NCBI GenBank assembly: GCA_963422645.2
Contig: CAXXVO010000004.1
Span: 32,001 to 96,000, forward strand
Reading direction: 5' to 3'
DNA from: Alphaproteobacteria bacterium
Lineage (GTDB): Bacteria; Pseudomonadota; Alphaproteobacteria; UBA828
DNA length: 64,000 nt
Each line of letters begins with the position of its first letter. Position 1 is the stretch's first letter. The position numbers and the translations under genes were made by a program. Shown in pieces: positions 22,276-34,087 of this stretch. The notes below the pieces were generated by a model. It ran no database searches and was not told the origin of the DNA. It worked only from the letters and a program-made list of their open reading frames with translations.

Positions 22276-22919
22276 GAACTTATCGGTATTACATCCCCTG
22301 TGGTGAGCGCCGTGAACCGCCTGCCGGCGGTCGCGGACAGGGCCGCGCAGCGGCTGACGCCGCTTTGGGGGAGGGGAGGGACTGCTCCCCGTCGTGAAGT
22401 CCAATCGTGCCACACGTGCTCGCTACAGCAACCCTGCGGGTCCTCCGGTCGCTCCGCTCCCTGCGGCCTGGCCCAAGAAGCTCTAGGGCGGGCCGTGAAA
22501 GTCGCCGACCGTGAAGATCGCTTGCGTGTAATCGCGAACCGCCTCGCGTGGGGCACGCCGGCCCCTGAAGCGCGGGGCCGGCGTATCGGGCCGGCGCTAG
22601 CTAACCGCCCGGCATCCGCTCCCCGGCGCCCAACGCCTCGCGTGAAGGCACGGTCTCGCAATCATCCCGCACGCCCGTGCCTGAACGGGCGCCACGGAGC
22701 GGACGCCTCGAAGGCCTACTGAAAACGCGGCCAGTCCCCAAGGCGGCGCGCCGGCCCTCCCCAGACGGCACGAACGCGATCTTCCGCACCATCGGCGACT
22801 TTCCGCACCAACCCCGCCCAAGAGCTTCTAGGGCCAGGTGCTTCCGCTGCGCGCGCGTGTCCCGAAAGGACATCACGACGGGGCACAGGGTCCCGGAGGA
22901 TGAACAGAAGGAGATCGTC

Positions 22920-23840
22920 ATGATCGACACTCACATCGACACCCAGACCGCATCGCCCACCGCCGCCGTCTGCGAGAGCCTCGCGCTATACGGCGGAAGC
23001 CCGGAGCGCGGCGAGTTCGACAGCCGAGACGTCTGGGACCAGGACGACGCCCTGGATGCGCTGTCGGAAGCGATCCGCGTCATCGTGGACGGCGTCACCG
23101 TAGACGGGACCCAGATGGCGGACGAGCGCGAGCCGCTGCTATGGGGCTTCGTGAACACGCTGCACAGCCAGGTCGCCCGCCTCGACCGCGCCGTCGACCG
23201 CATCGCCCCGGAGATGCGGGACCTGGAGCGCGCACAGGACGGCACCGAGGTGAAGGCGTGGGAGTTGGAGATCCTGACCGACCGGGCGCGGAACTTCGGC
23301 GACCGGCGGGACGCGTTCGAGAAGATGCGCGATCTCGCCGCCGATGCCTACCGCGTCGAGACCGGAGATACCTGGCGCCCGCGTCACGGATCGCACGCGA
23401 GCCAGACCGGCCAGCTCACCTCGGCCGCCATCGACGCCCGCGACTTCCGCCGCGCACGGAAGGACCGCGAGACCCAGGCGCACCTGCCGGACGGCACCCT
23501 CGTCGCCATCACCGGCGGGAAGACCGTCGCCAATGCGGACGCGGTCTGGACCACGCTGGACCGCGCACGCGAGAAGTACGGCGACATGGTGCTGCTGCAC
23601 GGCGGCGGCCCGGGCTACGAGAAGATCGCGGCGAGCTGGGCGGACGCGCGCGGCGTCGACCAGGTGGTGTGCCGCCCGGACTGGAACGCGCACGGGAAGG
23701 CCGCGCCGTTCAGGCGGAACGACGAGCTGCTGAACCTGCTGCCGAAGGGCGTCATCGCCTTCCCCGGCTCAGGCATCACCGGGAACCTCGTCGACAAGGC
23801 CCGCCAGCTCGGCATCCCGGTCATGACCGTCAGCGAGTGA
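22920..23840 (+). CDS. DUF2493/YspA-like SLOG-domain protein
   Basis: LVAITGG, VLLHGG.PG, AAPFRRNDELL, VIAFPGSGITGNLVDKA; AAGGAG RBS. Confidence 0.85.
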   Translation: MIDTHIDTQTASPTAAVCESLALYGGSPERGEFDSRDVWDQDDALDALSEAIRVIVDGVTVDGTQMADEREPLLWGFVNTLHSQVARLDRAVDRIAPEMRDLERAQDGTEVKAWELEILTDRARNFGDRRDAFEKMRDLAADAYRVETGDTWRPRHGSHASQTGQLTSAAIDARDFRRARKDRETQAHLPDGTLVAITGGKTVANADAVWTTLDRAREKYGDMVLLHGGGPGYEKIAASWADARGVDQVVCRPDWNAHGKAAPFRRNDELLNLLPKGVIAFPGSGITGNLVDKARQLGIPVMTVSE

Positions 23841-24239
23841 GCGCGGCGCGCCTGCCACCCGCCAGGCCGGTCTCTCGCTTCGGCGAGGGATCGGCCTTTC
23901 TTTTTGCGCCGTGCCCGGTGTCGCGCATCGCGGCGCGGCGCTTCGCGCCTGCGCCGCTCGCGCTCCCGGCGCCGCCGTCCCGCCCCGCGCCGCCCGACCG
24001 GGCCTCGCGTCCGGCTCGGCGCAAACGCGCCGTCGCCGGGCGCTCGCCAATGCTTCCTGTTCAGCCAATGTCCCTCCGTCTTCAGCGCGTCGGATCGCCG
24101 TTCTGCGAGCGACAATCGCCGCCGCGCTTCGCGCGCCGCCATCGTCGACCCTCCCGGATCTCCCTCTTTCCGTCATCGCATCCAACACCGCCGACACCCG
24201 ATGGCTTGGAGCCTTGTTGGAGGAACACTCGCTCCCTTC

Positions 24240-25767
<1,528 letters not shown>

Positions 25768-26110
25768 TCGCTCCCTTCGGTCGCTGCGCGCTACGCTTGC
25801 GGGTGCGAACGGGACGACCCCGCCTTTCCGCCGCCGTGGCTCGGTCGCTCCGCTCCCATCGCCGGCGGCTCTTCCCGACGCCTTGCCCACGCGCATCGCT
25901 GCGCGTCGCTTCGCTCCGCCCTCGCTTGCGCCCGCCTCGCCGCCCTTCGGCGGCTCGCCTTCCCCGCTGCCTCGCAACAGGCTCGGCGCTGACGCGCCAT
26001 CGCCGTTGCTCGCGCTTTTTCCCAATATCCCCCACATCGCATATCGGCCACGGCTCATCGCTCTTCGAGCGATATCGCCCTCTCGCGCCCGGCGCTTCGC
26101 GCCTGCGCGC

Positions 26111-26416
26111 TCAGAACGGATCGCCACCTTCCTCCGAAGCCGTGGCATTCGCCACGGACTTCGCCGCCTTGCGTCCCGGCAGCTCGCCCTTGTCGAGGAA
26201 CGCCTTGAGGCTCCTCTCCCCGATCTCGATGCCTCGTGCTTTCAGCACTTCGTGCATCTGCGCCACCGTGACGCCCTTGGCCCGTTGCTCGACCATACGG
26301 TCTCGCAGACGGTCCAGGACATCCTTCAGCGACAGCTTCGGCGGCGCCAGCTTCGCCAGGTCGCCGTCAATGCCCTCGAAGTCGATATCCGTTTCGTTGA
26401 AACGCCTTGCAGCCAT
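26111..26416 (-). CDS. Small probable relaxosome accessory/DNA-binding protein
   Basis: AAGGAG RBS; HTH-like KGVTVAQMHEVLKARGIEIGERSLKAFL; divergent from the relaxase. Confidence 0.6.
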   Translation of the reverse strand: MAARRFNETDIDFEGIDGDLAKLAPPKLSLKDVLDRLRDRMVEQRAKGVTVAQMHEVLKARGIEIGERSLKAFLDKGELPGRKAAKSVANATASEEGGDPF

Positions 26417-26613
26417 TGTGTCTCCTTCCTTCTTCGACCACTACATCTGGTGTGTCCGCATGATCGCCCGACCGCCCCATGGTGTCAACGGACGTCCCGT
26501 TCGGCCCTTGCGACGGAGCCCCACCCGGCACGATCTTTCCCTGCCCCTGCGATGGAACCCGTGTCATGCACGGAGTCTCCCTTGTTGAAACCACGGAACG
26601 TAGAAAAAGCCTC

Positions 26614-26640
26614 TGCACACCTGTGCAAGCTTACGCTTGC
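26614..26640. promoter_or_regulatory. Candidate oriT hairpins
   Basis: Overlapping palindromes TGCACA-CC-TGTGCA and GCAAGC-TTAC-GCTTGC between divergent mob genes. Confidence 0.4.
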
Positions 26641-26822
26641 GGGACCACTCCAAGGACATACTATCGACCATAGAAAGACGATTCGTTCGATCGTAATAGG
26701 GAAATGGCCCGTACGTTCAAGTCGTTACGGACCGAACGCACGACGAAGCCGGCGTCCACGACAGGAATCGAGACGTTCATGCCAATCATCGCCGTCCTGG
26801 TCAGCCTTGAGGACACCCAGCC

Positions 26823-29800
26823 GTGGTAGCGTCCATCGGCCAGATGGCGTCGGCCGAGTACTACCTGGAGAGCCAGCGCTCCTTCCGGCACCCCAACGAG
26901 TACTACACCGCAGGCGAGGAACCGGACGGCACCTGGTTCAATCCGAAGGGTCTGTTCGAGCAGCAGGACGGGGCGAAGGTCGACTCGCGCGCCTTCCAAC
27001 GCCTCTACAACGGCTTCGCTCCGGACGGGTCCGGCAAGCTGGTCCAGCGCGCGGGCAACCCGGACCGCTCCCCCGGCGTCGACATGACGTTCTCGGTAGA
27101 CAAGAGCGTCTCCGCGCTCTGGGCCATTGCGGAGCCGAAGATGCGCGAACGGATCGAGGCGATGGCGACGGCCGCCGCAAGAGCAGCGCTGGAAGACTCC
27201 GTTCTCAAGCATTGCAGCTACACTCGCCTCGCTGAGAAGGGCGTGACCCGCCCTGTCGAGGCCGACCTCATGGGCGCTACGTTCGTTCACGGCACCAGCC
27301 GCGAGAACGACCCGCAGCTTCACGTCCATTGCACGATCTTCAACGTCGCGAGGACCCGCGAGGACGGCAAGTGGCGGGCGCATCACCAGTACCCGGTCTA
27401 CAGCTGGAAGAAGGCGGCGGGCGCGCTGTTCCGGGCCAACATGGCCTGGGAGCTGAAACAGGGTCTCGGGGTCCGGATGGAGCAGTACGGCCCCAACAAC
27501 GAGTTTACCCGCATCACCGGCATGCCCGACGACCTCAAGGCCTTCTGGTCCAAGCGGCGCAAGGCCATCGTCGCCATGGCGGGCGAGCTCGGTATTTCCG
27601 CGCTCGGGAACGCGTCCCGCATGGCGGGCGTGAACAAGATCACGCGCGAGGGCAAGTCCCACGACAACGACCCGGAGATACGCCACGGGCGCTGGCGCGG
27701 CGAGGCCGAGGGCTTCGTCGAGCGCGAGGAGCTGATCGCCTCGGTGACCGGGCACGAGGTGGAGATCGGGCGAGACCGGATCCGGGAGCTGACCGACCGT
27801 CTCGACGATCTTCCCGCCCATCTCGCGCGCGAGGAAGCGGTGTTCCGGCGCCCGGACATGGTGGAGGCGGCCGCGAACGCGGCGGCTGGTCTGATGGGCC
27901 GGGAGGCGGTGGGGACGGCGATCGAGCGTCTGCGCCGCAACCCGGAGATCGAGCGGCTGGAGCCGAAGAAACCGACCGCCGAATCCAGGGCAGGCATGGT
28001 TCACACCGAGGTCTATTCCACCCGGCACAACCTGGGGCTGGAGCAGGCGGTGCGCGACATGGCGGAGGCCATGGCCGCCGATACCGGCCACGCCCTGCCG
28101 GAGCAGGCGGTGGAGGAGAAGGTGGAGACCCTGATGGAGCAGGGCTATCCGCTGAGCCAGGAGCAGTCGCTGGCGATCCGGCATGCGACGATCAGGGGTG
28201 GACGCGTCGCGGTGATCGAGGGCGCGGCGGGATCGGGCAAGACCACCACGCTCAGGCCCATAACGGACCTGCACAAGGAGCACGGCTACGAGATCGTGCC
28301 GACGGCGGTGGCCTGGCGGACGGCGGTGGCGCTGGGCGACGACTGCGATGCGCGCGCCTGGTGCGTCGACAAGCTGCTGAAGCTCGCCGCGAAGGGGCAG
28401 GTCGAGATCGGCCGCAACACCCTGATCGTGGTGGACGAGGCGGGGATGCTGTCCACCCGCCAGGCACACCACATTCTCCAGCTCTCCGAGCGCCACGGCG
28501 CCAAGGTGGTGTTCGCGGGCGACACGCGGCAGCAGCAGCCCGTGGAGGCGGGGCCGGGGTTGAGGCTCGTCCGTGACGTGGCCGGCAGCATTCGTGTCGA
28601 CCGCATCAGGCGCCAGAAGGCGGACCTCGAGGACGTGCTCACGCATGTCCAGGGCGAGACGCCCGAGCAGGCACGCTTCCGGGCGGGGCTGACCTCGCGG
28701 GAAGAGCGAACAAGCATCCTCGCCGAGTACGAGGCGATGGAGAGGAAGCCGGTGTTCACGCCGTGGCAGGTGGCGGTGTCGGAGGCGCTCAGGGACGGCG
28801 AGGCGGAGAAGGCGATCGAGGCGTGGCATCTGCGCAACCGCCTCCATCTCTGCCACGACGAGGAGAAGACGCTCACGAAGCTCGTGGATGACTGGGAGCG
28901 CCATGTGCGCGCACGGCCCGGCACGTCCACCGTCGTGCTCGCGCGCACGAAGGCGGAGGGCCGGGCGCTATCGTGGCTGATGCGGGAGTGCATGCTTGCG
29001 CAAACCCCCGACGCGAAGCGCGCCGTCATCGAAGTCAGCCGGGACCTGGACGGGCGCCTGACGGAGCCGCTGGAGGTCGCGGTCGGCGACCGCATCCGCA
29101 TCGGGGCCACGCAATGGGAGAAGCAGCTCTTCAACGGCACCGTGGTCACGGTCGAGGACCTGGAGGTCAGGCGCCCGGACGAGGCGGCGGTCACGCGCAA
29201 GGCGCGGAACCGGCAAGCCGGCGGACGGCATCCGGACGCGGACACGGGCCTCTCCGAACTTGAGTCTTCCGTCTATATCACGGCGCGCATGGACGACGGC
29301 AGGCGCGTCACGTTCCGGCACGACGAGATCCGCGACTGGCACGACAACATCCGCCTCGACTACGGCTACGCGATGACCATTGCCTCGGCCCAGGGGCTGA
29401 CCGTGGACAGGGCGTTCCTGCTGGTCGACGACCGGCCGGCGCGGGAGACCATCTATCCCGCCGCGACCCGGCACCGCGAGGCGCTCGACATCTACGTCAA
29501 CCGTGCGCCGCTCGCCTTCGACATTGCCGAGAACCGGCCCGAGGACGAGGCGGAGCGGCCGGTCCTGGACAGCGACGTCCGGGCATATCTGGCCGAGCGC
29601 TGGTCGCGCTCGCAGCCCAAGGAGGCGGCGCTCGACTACGTCTCCGACGGCAAGTGGCGGGATGCGCGGGAGGACGCGCAGCATCACCGGCGCGGCGCCG
29701 GAGAGGCGCGGTCGGGGACGGCCGAGGCCCCTGCCGCTGCGAACGACAACGCGCTGGTGCGCGTCGCCCGGGACATCCGTCATGCGGTCAACGGCTGGCG

Positions 29801-30758
29801 CCACGGCGCGGCGGTGGACGCCTTCGCGTCCGAGCGTAACGAGGTTCTGGCGGCCTGGGACGAGCTGCGCGAGCGCGCCCGGCAGGAAGGCGACGCCGTT
29901 GCGCTCAGCCCCGCATTCCGCGAGACCCTCGACCGCCACGGCGTGCTGATGAAGCAGGCGGCTTCGTTCAGGACCCGTCCGCAGACCTTCGAGCGGCTGC
30001 TGGCCGATCGCGCCGGGATCGGCCAAGGCGAGATCGAGGAATTCGGGAAAGTCTATGCCCGGGCGGGAAGCTACCGCCGCGCCGCCGCCGCCAGGGCCGC
30101 GCACGCGCGTCATGAGGCGCCGGAGAGGGCGCAGGAGGCCGCTCCCGCAGTCGAGCCGGTCGAGACGGCGGCCCGTCCTTCCGAGCGCCCCGCAGAGGCA
30201 CGGCGGGCGGGAGAGTCTGGGCCGCCGGCGGTTTCGCGCACCGAGTACAGCAACCTGCGCCTCGACTGGGGCAGGCACGTCGGCCGCGCCGAACGGGCCG
30301 GCGTCTCCCCCTACGATCTCGACGGCGCGGCGGAGCTCGTCCGGCGCATCGCGGCGTTCGCGCAGAACGAGCGGGTCCCGGCCGAACCGCGCCGGCGTCT
30401 CCAGGCCATGGTCGACCGTTACCGCGCACACGAACGGGCGCGCACCCGCGTGCGGGACTGGCTCCAGACCGCCGACCGCCACTGGCAGGGCTTCGACGAC
30501 CTCGCCCGCCGCGCCCGCGCTCTCGGCGTCCGCCCCGAGGACCTGCCCGCGTGGCCGGACTGGCTGGAGAGCAACGAGCGCCTGGTCCGCGAGGGCAGGG
30601 CGATCCTCGACGACCCCGGCACCTACGGCGTCCATCTCGACCGCATGAAGGGCAGCAGAGGATCCCTGCGCGACACGGTCTCCCGGATGGAGCGGTTCAC
30701 GCCGCAGCACCGGACGCGCTCCCACGGCCGCGACAGGGGGCCGTCCCGGAGCATGTAG
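26823..30758 (+). CDS. MOBF (TrwC-like) relaxase-helicase
   Basis: EYY..EYY catalytic tyrosines, DMTFSVDKSVS, HGTSRENDPQLHVH, GAAGSGKTT, VDEAGM, YAMTIASAQG; C-terminal RGPSRSM. Confidence 0.95.
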   Translation: MVASIGQMASAEYYLESQRSFRHPNEYYTAGEEPDGTWFNPKGLFEQQDGAKVDSRAFQRLYNGFAPDGSGKLVQRAGNPDRSPGVDMTFSVDKSVSALWAIAEPKMRERIEAMATAAARAALEDSVLKHCSYTRLAEKGVTRPVEADLMGATFVHGTSRENDPQLHVHCTIFNVARTREDGKWRAHHQYPVYSWKKAAGALFRANMAWELKQGLGVRMEQYGPNNEFTRITGMPDDLKAFWSKRRKAIVAMAGELGISALGNASRMAGVNKITREGKSHDNDPEIRHGRWRGEAEGFVEREELIASVTGHEVEIGRDRIRELTDRLDDLPAHLAREEAVFRRPDMVEAAANAAAGLMGREAVGTAIERLRRNPEIERLEPKKPTAESRAGMVHTEVYSTRHNLGLEQAVRDMAEAMAADTGHALPEQAVEEKVETLMEQGYPLSQEQSLAIRHATIRGGRVAVIEGAAGSGKTTTLRPITDLHKEHGYEIVPTAVAWRTAVALGDDCDARAWCVDKLLKLAAKGQVEIGRNTLIVVDEAGMLSTRQAHHILQLSERHGAKVVFAGDTRQQQPVEAGPGLRLVRDVAGSIRVDRIRRQKADLEDVLTHVQGETPEQARFRAGLTSREERTSILAEYEAMERKPVFTPWQVAVSEALRDGEAEKAIEAWHLRNRLHLCHDEEKTLTKLVDDWERHVRARPGTSTVVLARTKAEGRALSWLMRECMLAQTPDAKRAVIEVSRDLDGRLTEPLEVAVGDRIRIGATQWEKQLFNGTVVTVEDLEVRRPDEAAVTRKARNRQAGGRHPDADTGLSELESSVYITARMDDGRRVTFRHDEIRDWHDNIRLDYGYAMTIASAQGLTVDRAFLLVDDRPARETIYPAATRHREALDIYVNRAPLAFDIAENRPEDEAERPVLDSDVRAYLAERWSRSQPKEAALDYVSDGKWRDAREDAQHHRRGAGEARSGTAEAPAAANDNALVRVARDIRHAVNGWRHGAAVDAFASERNEVLAAWDELRERARQEGDAVALSPAFRETLDRHGVLMKQAASFRTRPQTFERLLADRAGIGQGEIEEFGKVYARAGSYRRAAAARAAHARHEAPERAQEAAPAVEPVETAARPSERPAEARRAGESGPPAVSRTEYSNLRLDWGRHVGRAERAGVSPYDLDGAAELVRRIAAFAQNERVPAEPRRRLQAMVDRYRAHERARTRVRDWLQTADRHWQGFDDLARRARALGVRPEDLPAWPDWLESNERLVREGRAILDDPGTYGVHLDRMKGSRGSLRDTVSRMERFTPQHRTRSHGRDRGPSRSM

Positions 30759-30918
30759 GGGCCGGAAGCGAGGCGACCGCCCGCGGGCTGGATCAGGGTC
30801 CGCGCGCCGGCCGACTAGCTCTGCCCTCCCGAATTGCTCGCGAGGGAGTGAACCACGGGCCGGCCGGGTCGGCGCGGCCGTGCAAGGAGACCCGGATGCC
30901 GTGCCGCGGCAGGCCGCC

Positions 30919-31257
30919 TCACCGCTGCGGATCCGCCACGGCGACGATGCGGCTCTCGCCGGGACCGGTCCCCCGGATCGCCTCCGCGATAGCGGGCACC
31001 GCGGCGGTCAGCCGGGAAACGCGATTGTCGTCTACCGCGACGATGGCGATGGCGGAATGGCGTTGCTCACCCGCCATGCGCTTGTCGGTCGTCACCAGCG
31101 TCGTGAAGCCGTGCTTCGCCGCCTCCGCCAGCAATTGGTCGTCACGCAGGGCGCGCCACCCGCGGAACGCGACCGTCTCCACGGCAGCGCCCTGGAGCCG
31201 ATCCTGGAGCGGGCGCCGCAGGCGCGGCGAGACCGCGACGTCAAGAAGAACCTTCAA
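30919..31257 (-). CDS. PIN-like toxin (DUF5615/VapC45-like)
   Basis: MKVLLD, GWRALRDDQLL, LVTTDKR. Confidence 0.8.
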   Translation of the reverse strand: MKVLLDVAVSPRLRRPLQDRLQGAAVETVAFRGWRALRDDQLLAEAAKHGFTTLVTTDKRMAGEQRHSAIAIVAVDDNRVSRLTAAVPAIAEAIRGTGPGESRIVAVADPQR

Positions 31258-31266
31258 GCGCCGGGA

Positions 31267-31542
31267 TCAGGAGCTCTTGGCACAGCCGGGACTTCGAGCG
31301 GCGGCGTCGCGGACCGCGCTTGCGCCCGCGCGCAGGACGGCCTCCGCCGCCCTGGGATCGATCTGGAACTCGCGGACGAACCGGTCCAGCGCTATTCCGT
31401 CCTCGAGCCAGTCGAAGAGCTGCTGCACGGGCAGGCGGGTGCCCCGGAAACAGGGGACTCCGCTCATGCGCGCAGGGTCCAGCCAGACCGCCTCTTCGAG
31501 CGACATGGGCGGCTCCGGCTCGGTCTTGGCAAGCGTCTTCAT
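31267..31542 (-). CDS. DUF433 antitoxin (VapB45-like)
   Basis: DPARMSGVPCFRGTRLPV motif, directly upstream of the PIN gene. Confidence 0.88.
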   Translation of the reverse strand: MKTLAKTEPEPPMSLEEAVWLDPARMSGVPCFRGTRLPVQQLFDWLEDGIALDRFVREFQIDPRAAEAVLRAGASAVRDAAARSPGCAKSS

Positions 31543-31778
31543 GGCCGTCGCTGTGTGCGGGGCAGGAATTGGACCCCGAAAGCATACGCCCGAGCGTCCA
31601 AGTGTCAACGAATCCAATGAATTCCAGTAACTACCCAGGTACCCCGCCGCCAGTTCTGAGTGCGTGCTGATGTTGCTTGCCGTCGGTGCCGTTTCGCCGT
31701 CGGCGCGTCGTTGATCCCCGCTTGACTGTATAGGTTCTCTCGCCTATGGGTTGCACTCTCGCATGAGAGGAGCAGCCG

Positions 31779-32447
31779 GTGGGGTATTTCGGGTCGAAGG
31801 CGACGACCGGTCTGAGCCAGGCGCTGATTGCGCTGATGCCGCGGCACTCTGTCTATATCGAGAGCCATCTTGGGGGCGGGGCGCTGATGAAGCGCAAGCC
31901 TGCGGCCATGCGCTCGATCGGGATCGACCGCGACGAGCGGGCGCTTGAGGCCTTTGGCTGCGACTACCCGGTGGAGTTGGTGCACGGCTGCGCCCATTCC
32001 TTCCTGGCCTCGTTCCCGTTTCTGGGCCCGGAGCTGGTCTACAGCGATCCGCCCTATCTGCACGCGACCCGGCGTTCGTCGCAGCGCTACCGCTTCGAGT
32101 ACGAGGAGGCCGACCACGTCGCGCTCCTCGAACTGCTCAAGGGTCTGCCCTGCCAGGTGATGGTCTCGGGCCACCCGTCTGCGCTCTATGACGAGCTGCT
32201 GGCGGGCTGGCGCCGGCTGGCGCTGCAGGTGACGACCCAGGCCCAGGTGCGGACCGAGGTCGTGTGGTTCAACTTCGCGCCTGACCGGGTGCACTGGGCG
32301 AGCTTCGCCGGCCGGAACTTCACCGAGCGCCAGTGCATCAAGCGCAAGGCGGCCAACTGGGGCCGGCGCTACGAGGCCATGCCGGCGGGCGAACGCCTGG
32401 CGGTGCTGGCCGCGATCATGGCCGTCGAGGCCGACGAGGGTTCGTGA
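31779..32447 (+). CDS. Short Dam/D12-like N6-adenine DNA methyltransferase
   Basis: YFGSK, YIESHLGGG (motif I variant), YSDPPY (motif IV), QVMVSG; GAGGAG RBS. Confidence 0.85.
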   Translation: MGYFGSKATTGLSQALIALMPRHSVYIESHLGGGALMKRKPAAMRSIGIDRDERALEAFGCDYPVELVHGCAHSFLASFPFLGPELVYSDPPYLHATRRSSQRYRFEYEEADHVALLELLKGLPCQVMVSGHPSALYDELLAGWRRLALQVTTQAQVRTEVVWFNFAPDRVHWASFAGRNFTERQCIKRKAANWGRRYEAMPAGERLAVLAAIMAVEADEGS

Positions 32448-33985
32448 CAGTGTCGCGCTGGCACGAGGACCTCGCTGCCCACGACGAGGCCTTCGCGTGC
32501 CTGCAGGACCTTTTCACCCCACAATCCTTCGCAATGACCGCCGTCAAAGCCATTCGGGAATGGGGCCAGAGGTTGCTGCGCCTGAGCGCGGCCCTGGTCA
32601 AGGAGAACGACGCGCTGGAGCGGGAGAACGCCCGCTTGCGCGAGCGGATCGCCGAACTCGAGCGCAGCGCCGCGCTCGACAGCACCACCAGCTCCAAGCC
32701 GCCGGCCAGCGACGGTCTGAAGAAGAAGAGCGGTGACCGGGAGAAGCGCACCCGGAGCCAGCGCGGCAAGTCCGACAGGCCCAGTGGCGGCCAGCCGGGC
32801 CACAAGGGAACTACCCTGGAGCGGACCGCGACGCCCGACCATGTCGTCGATCATGATCCGTCCGCCTGTGAGGGCTGCGGCGCGCCGCTGTCGGACGCTG
32901 ACCGTCACGGAGCCCCCGTCTGCCGGCAGGTCTTCGATGTGCCCGAGCCGCAGCCCCTCGAGGTCACCGAACATCGCGGCCATCGTTGCCTCTGCGCTGC
33001 CTGCGGCACCGTGACGACAGCCGTCTTCCCGAACGGCGTGAGCGCACCGGTCCAATACGGGCCGCGCATCACCGCGTGGGTGACCTACCTGCTGCACGCT
33101 CAGTTCATTCCCGAGAAGCGGGTCGCCGAGGTCATGAGCGACCTCTTCGCGGTCAAGCTCTCAACAGCCACCATCGTCGCCATGGGAAGGCGCACCGCCC
33201 GGCGCTTCGAGGGCTTCCTCGATCGCCTCGCGGAGATCATCCGCACCGCAGCCCCAGTCAAACACCTCGACGAGACCGGCATCCGCATCGCCGCCCGGAC
33301 CCATTGGCTCCATGTGCTGTGCACCCCGTTGCTCACCATCCTGCGCGTCGCCACCGGGCGCAGCCACATCGACGAGAAGCTCAACGGCATCGTCATCCAT
33401 GACGACTACGCCACCTACTTCGCTCTCGAGGGCGTGCGCCACGGGGCCTGCAACGCCCATCACCTGCGCGAGCTCCAAGCCCTCATCGAGATCGAGAAGG
33501 AAGACTGGGCAACGAGCACGCACCGGCTCCTCATCCGTGCCAACAGAGCCGCCCGCTTCGCCCACAAGAACGACCGCGACGTGCCCGCCTCACTGGTGGC
33601 CCGCATCTCGCGAGCCTGGGACCGCATCCTCGAACGTGCCATCGCCTCTCACGAAGAAATGCCACCGCTCCAGACCGGAAAGCGCGGACGACAAAAGCGC
33701 CGCATCGGTCACAACCTCGCCCTCCGACTCCAGAAGTACAAGGAGGGGTGCCTGCGCTTCCTCACCGATCCGCGAACCCCCTTCTCCAACAACGAGGCCG
33801 AGCGCGACCTCCGAATGGGCAAGCTGCGCCAGAAAATCTCAGGCGGCTTCCGCTCGATACAAGGCGCCCGCGACTTCGCAAACCTGCGATCCGTCATCGC
33901 CACCGCTCGAAAACAGCGCTGGAATGTCCTCGAAACCCTGGCGCACCCCGATCCAATCCAGCTGATCCCCGTATTGCGCTTCTGA
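32444..33985 (+). CDS. IS66 transposase (intact)
   Basis: SSKPPASD, HLDETG, CNAHHLREL, SNNEAERDLR; GTG start overlaps the MTase stop (GTGA). Confidence 0.92.
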   Translation: MTVSRWHEDLAAHDEAFACLQDLFTPQSFAMTAVKAIREWGQRLLRLSAALVKENDALERENARLRERIAELERSAALDSTTSSKPPASDGLKKKSGDREKRTRSQRGKSDRPSGGQPGHKGTTLERTATPDHVVDHDPSACEGCGAPLSDADRHGAPVCRQVFDVPEPQPLEVTEHRGHRCLCAACGTVTTAVFPNGVSAPVQYGPRITAWVTYLLHAQFIPEKRVAEVMSDLFAVKLSTATIVAMGRRTARRFEGFLDRLAEIIRTAAPVKHLDETGIRIAARTHWLHVLCTPLLTILRVATGRSHIDEKLNGIVIHDDYATYFALEGVRHGACNAHHLRELQALIEIEKEDWATSTHRLLIRANRAARFAHKNDRDVPASLVARISRAWDRILERAIASHEEMPPLQTGKRGRQKRRIGHNLALRLQKYKEGCLRFLTDPRTPFSNNEAERDLRMGKLRQKISGGFRSIQGARDFANLRSVIATARKQRWNVLETLAHPDPIQLIPVLRF

Positions 33986-34087
33986 AATCCTGCGCTGCTC
34001 CGGGAAAGCGCCGCCTGACCCCTGGCTGGTCAGAACCATCAATCCATCACGTCCGAGTGCTCGGCAGAATCAGACCTGGGCAGTTAC

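Larger units (their letters stand above)
15181..22291 (+). mobile_element. RIT (recombinase-in-trio) element, left-truncated, with two nested IS
   Basis: Three tandem overlapping tyrosine recombinases plus a terminal inverted repeat at 22208-22275. Confidence 0.85.
31627..34087 (+). mobile_element. IS66-family element with a passenger DNA methyltransferase
   Basis: TIR GTAACTACCCAGGT/ACCTGGGCAGTTAC encloses both genes; flanks GAATTCCA/CTTATTGG show no TSD. Confidence 0.9.
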
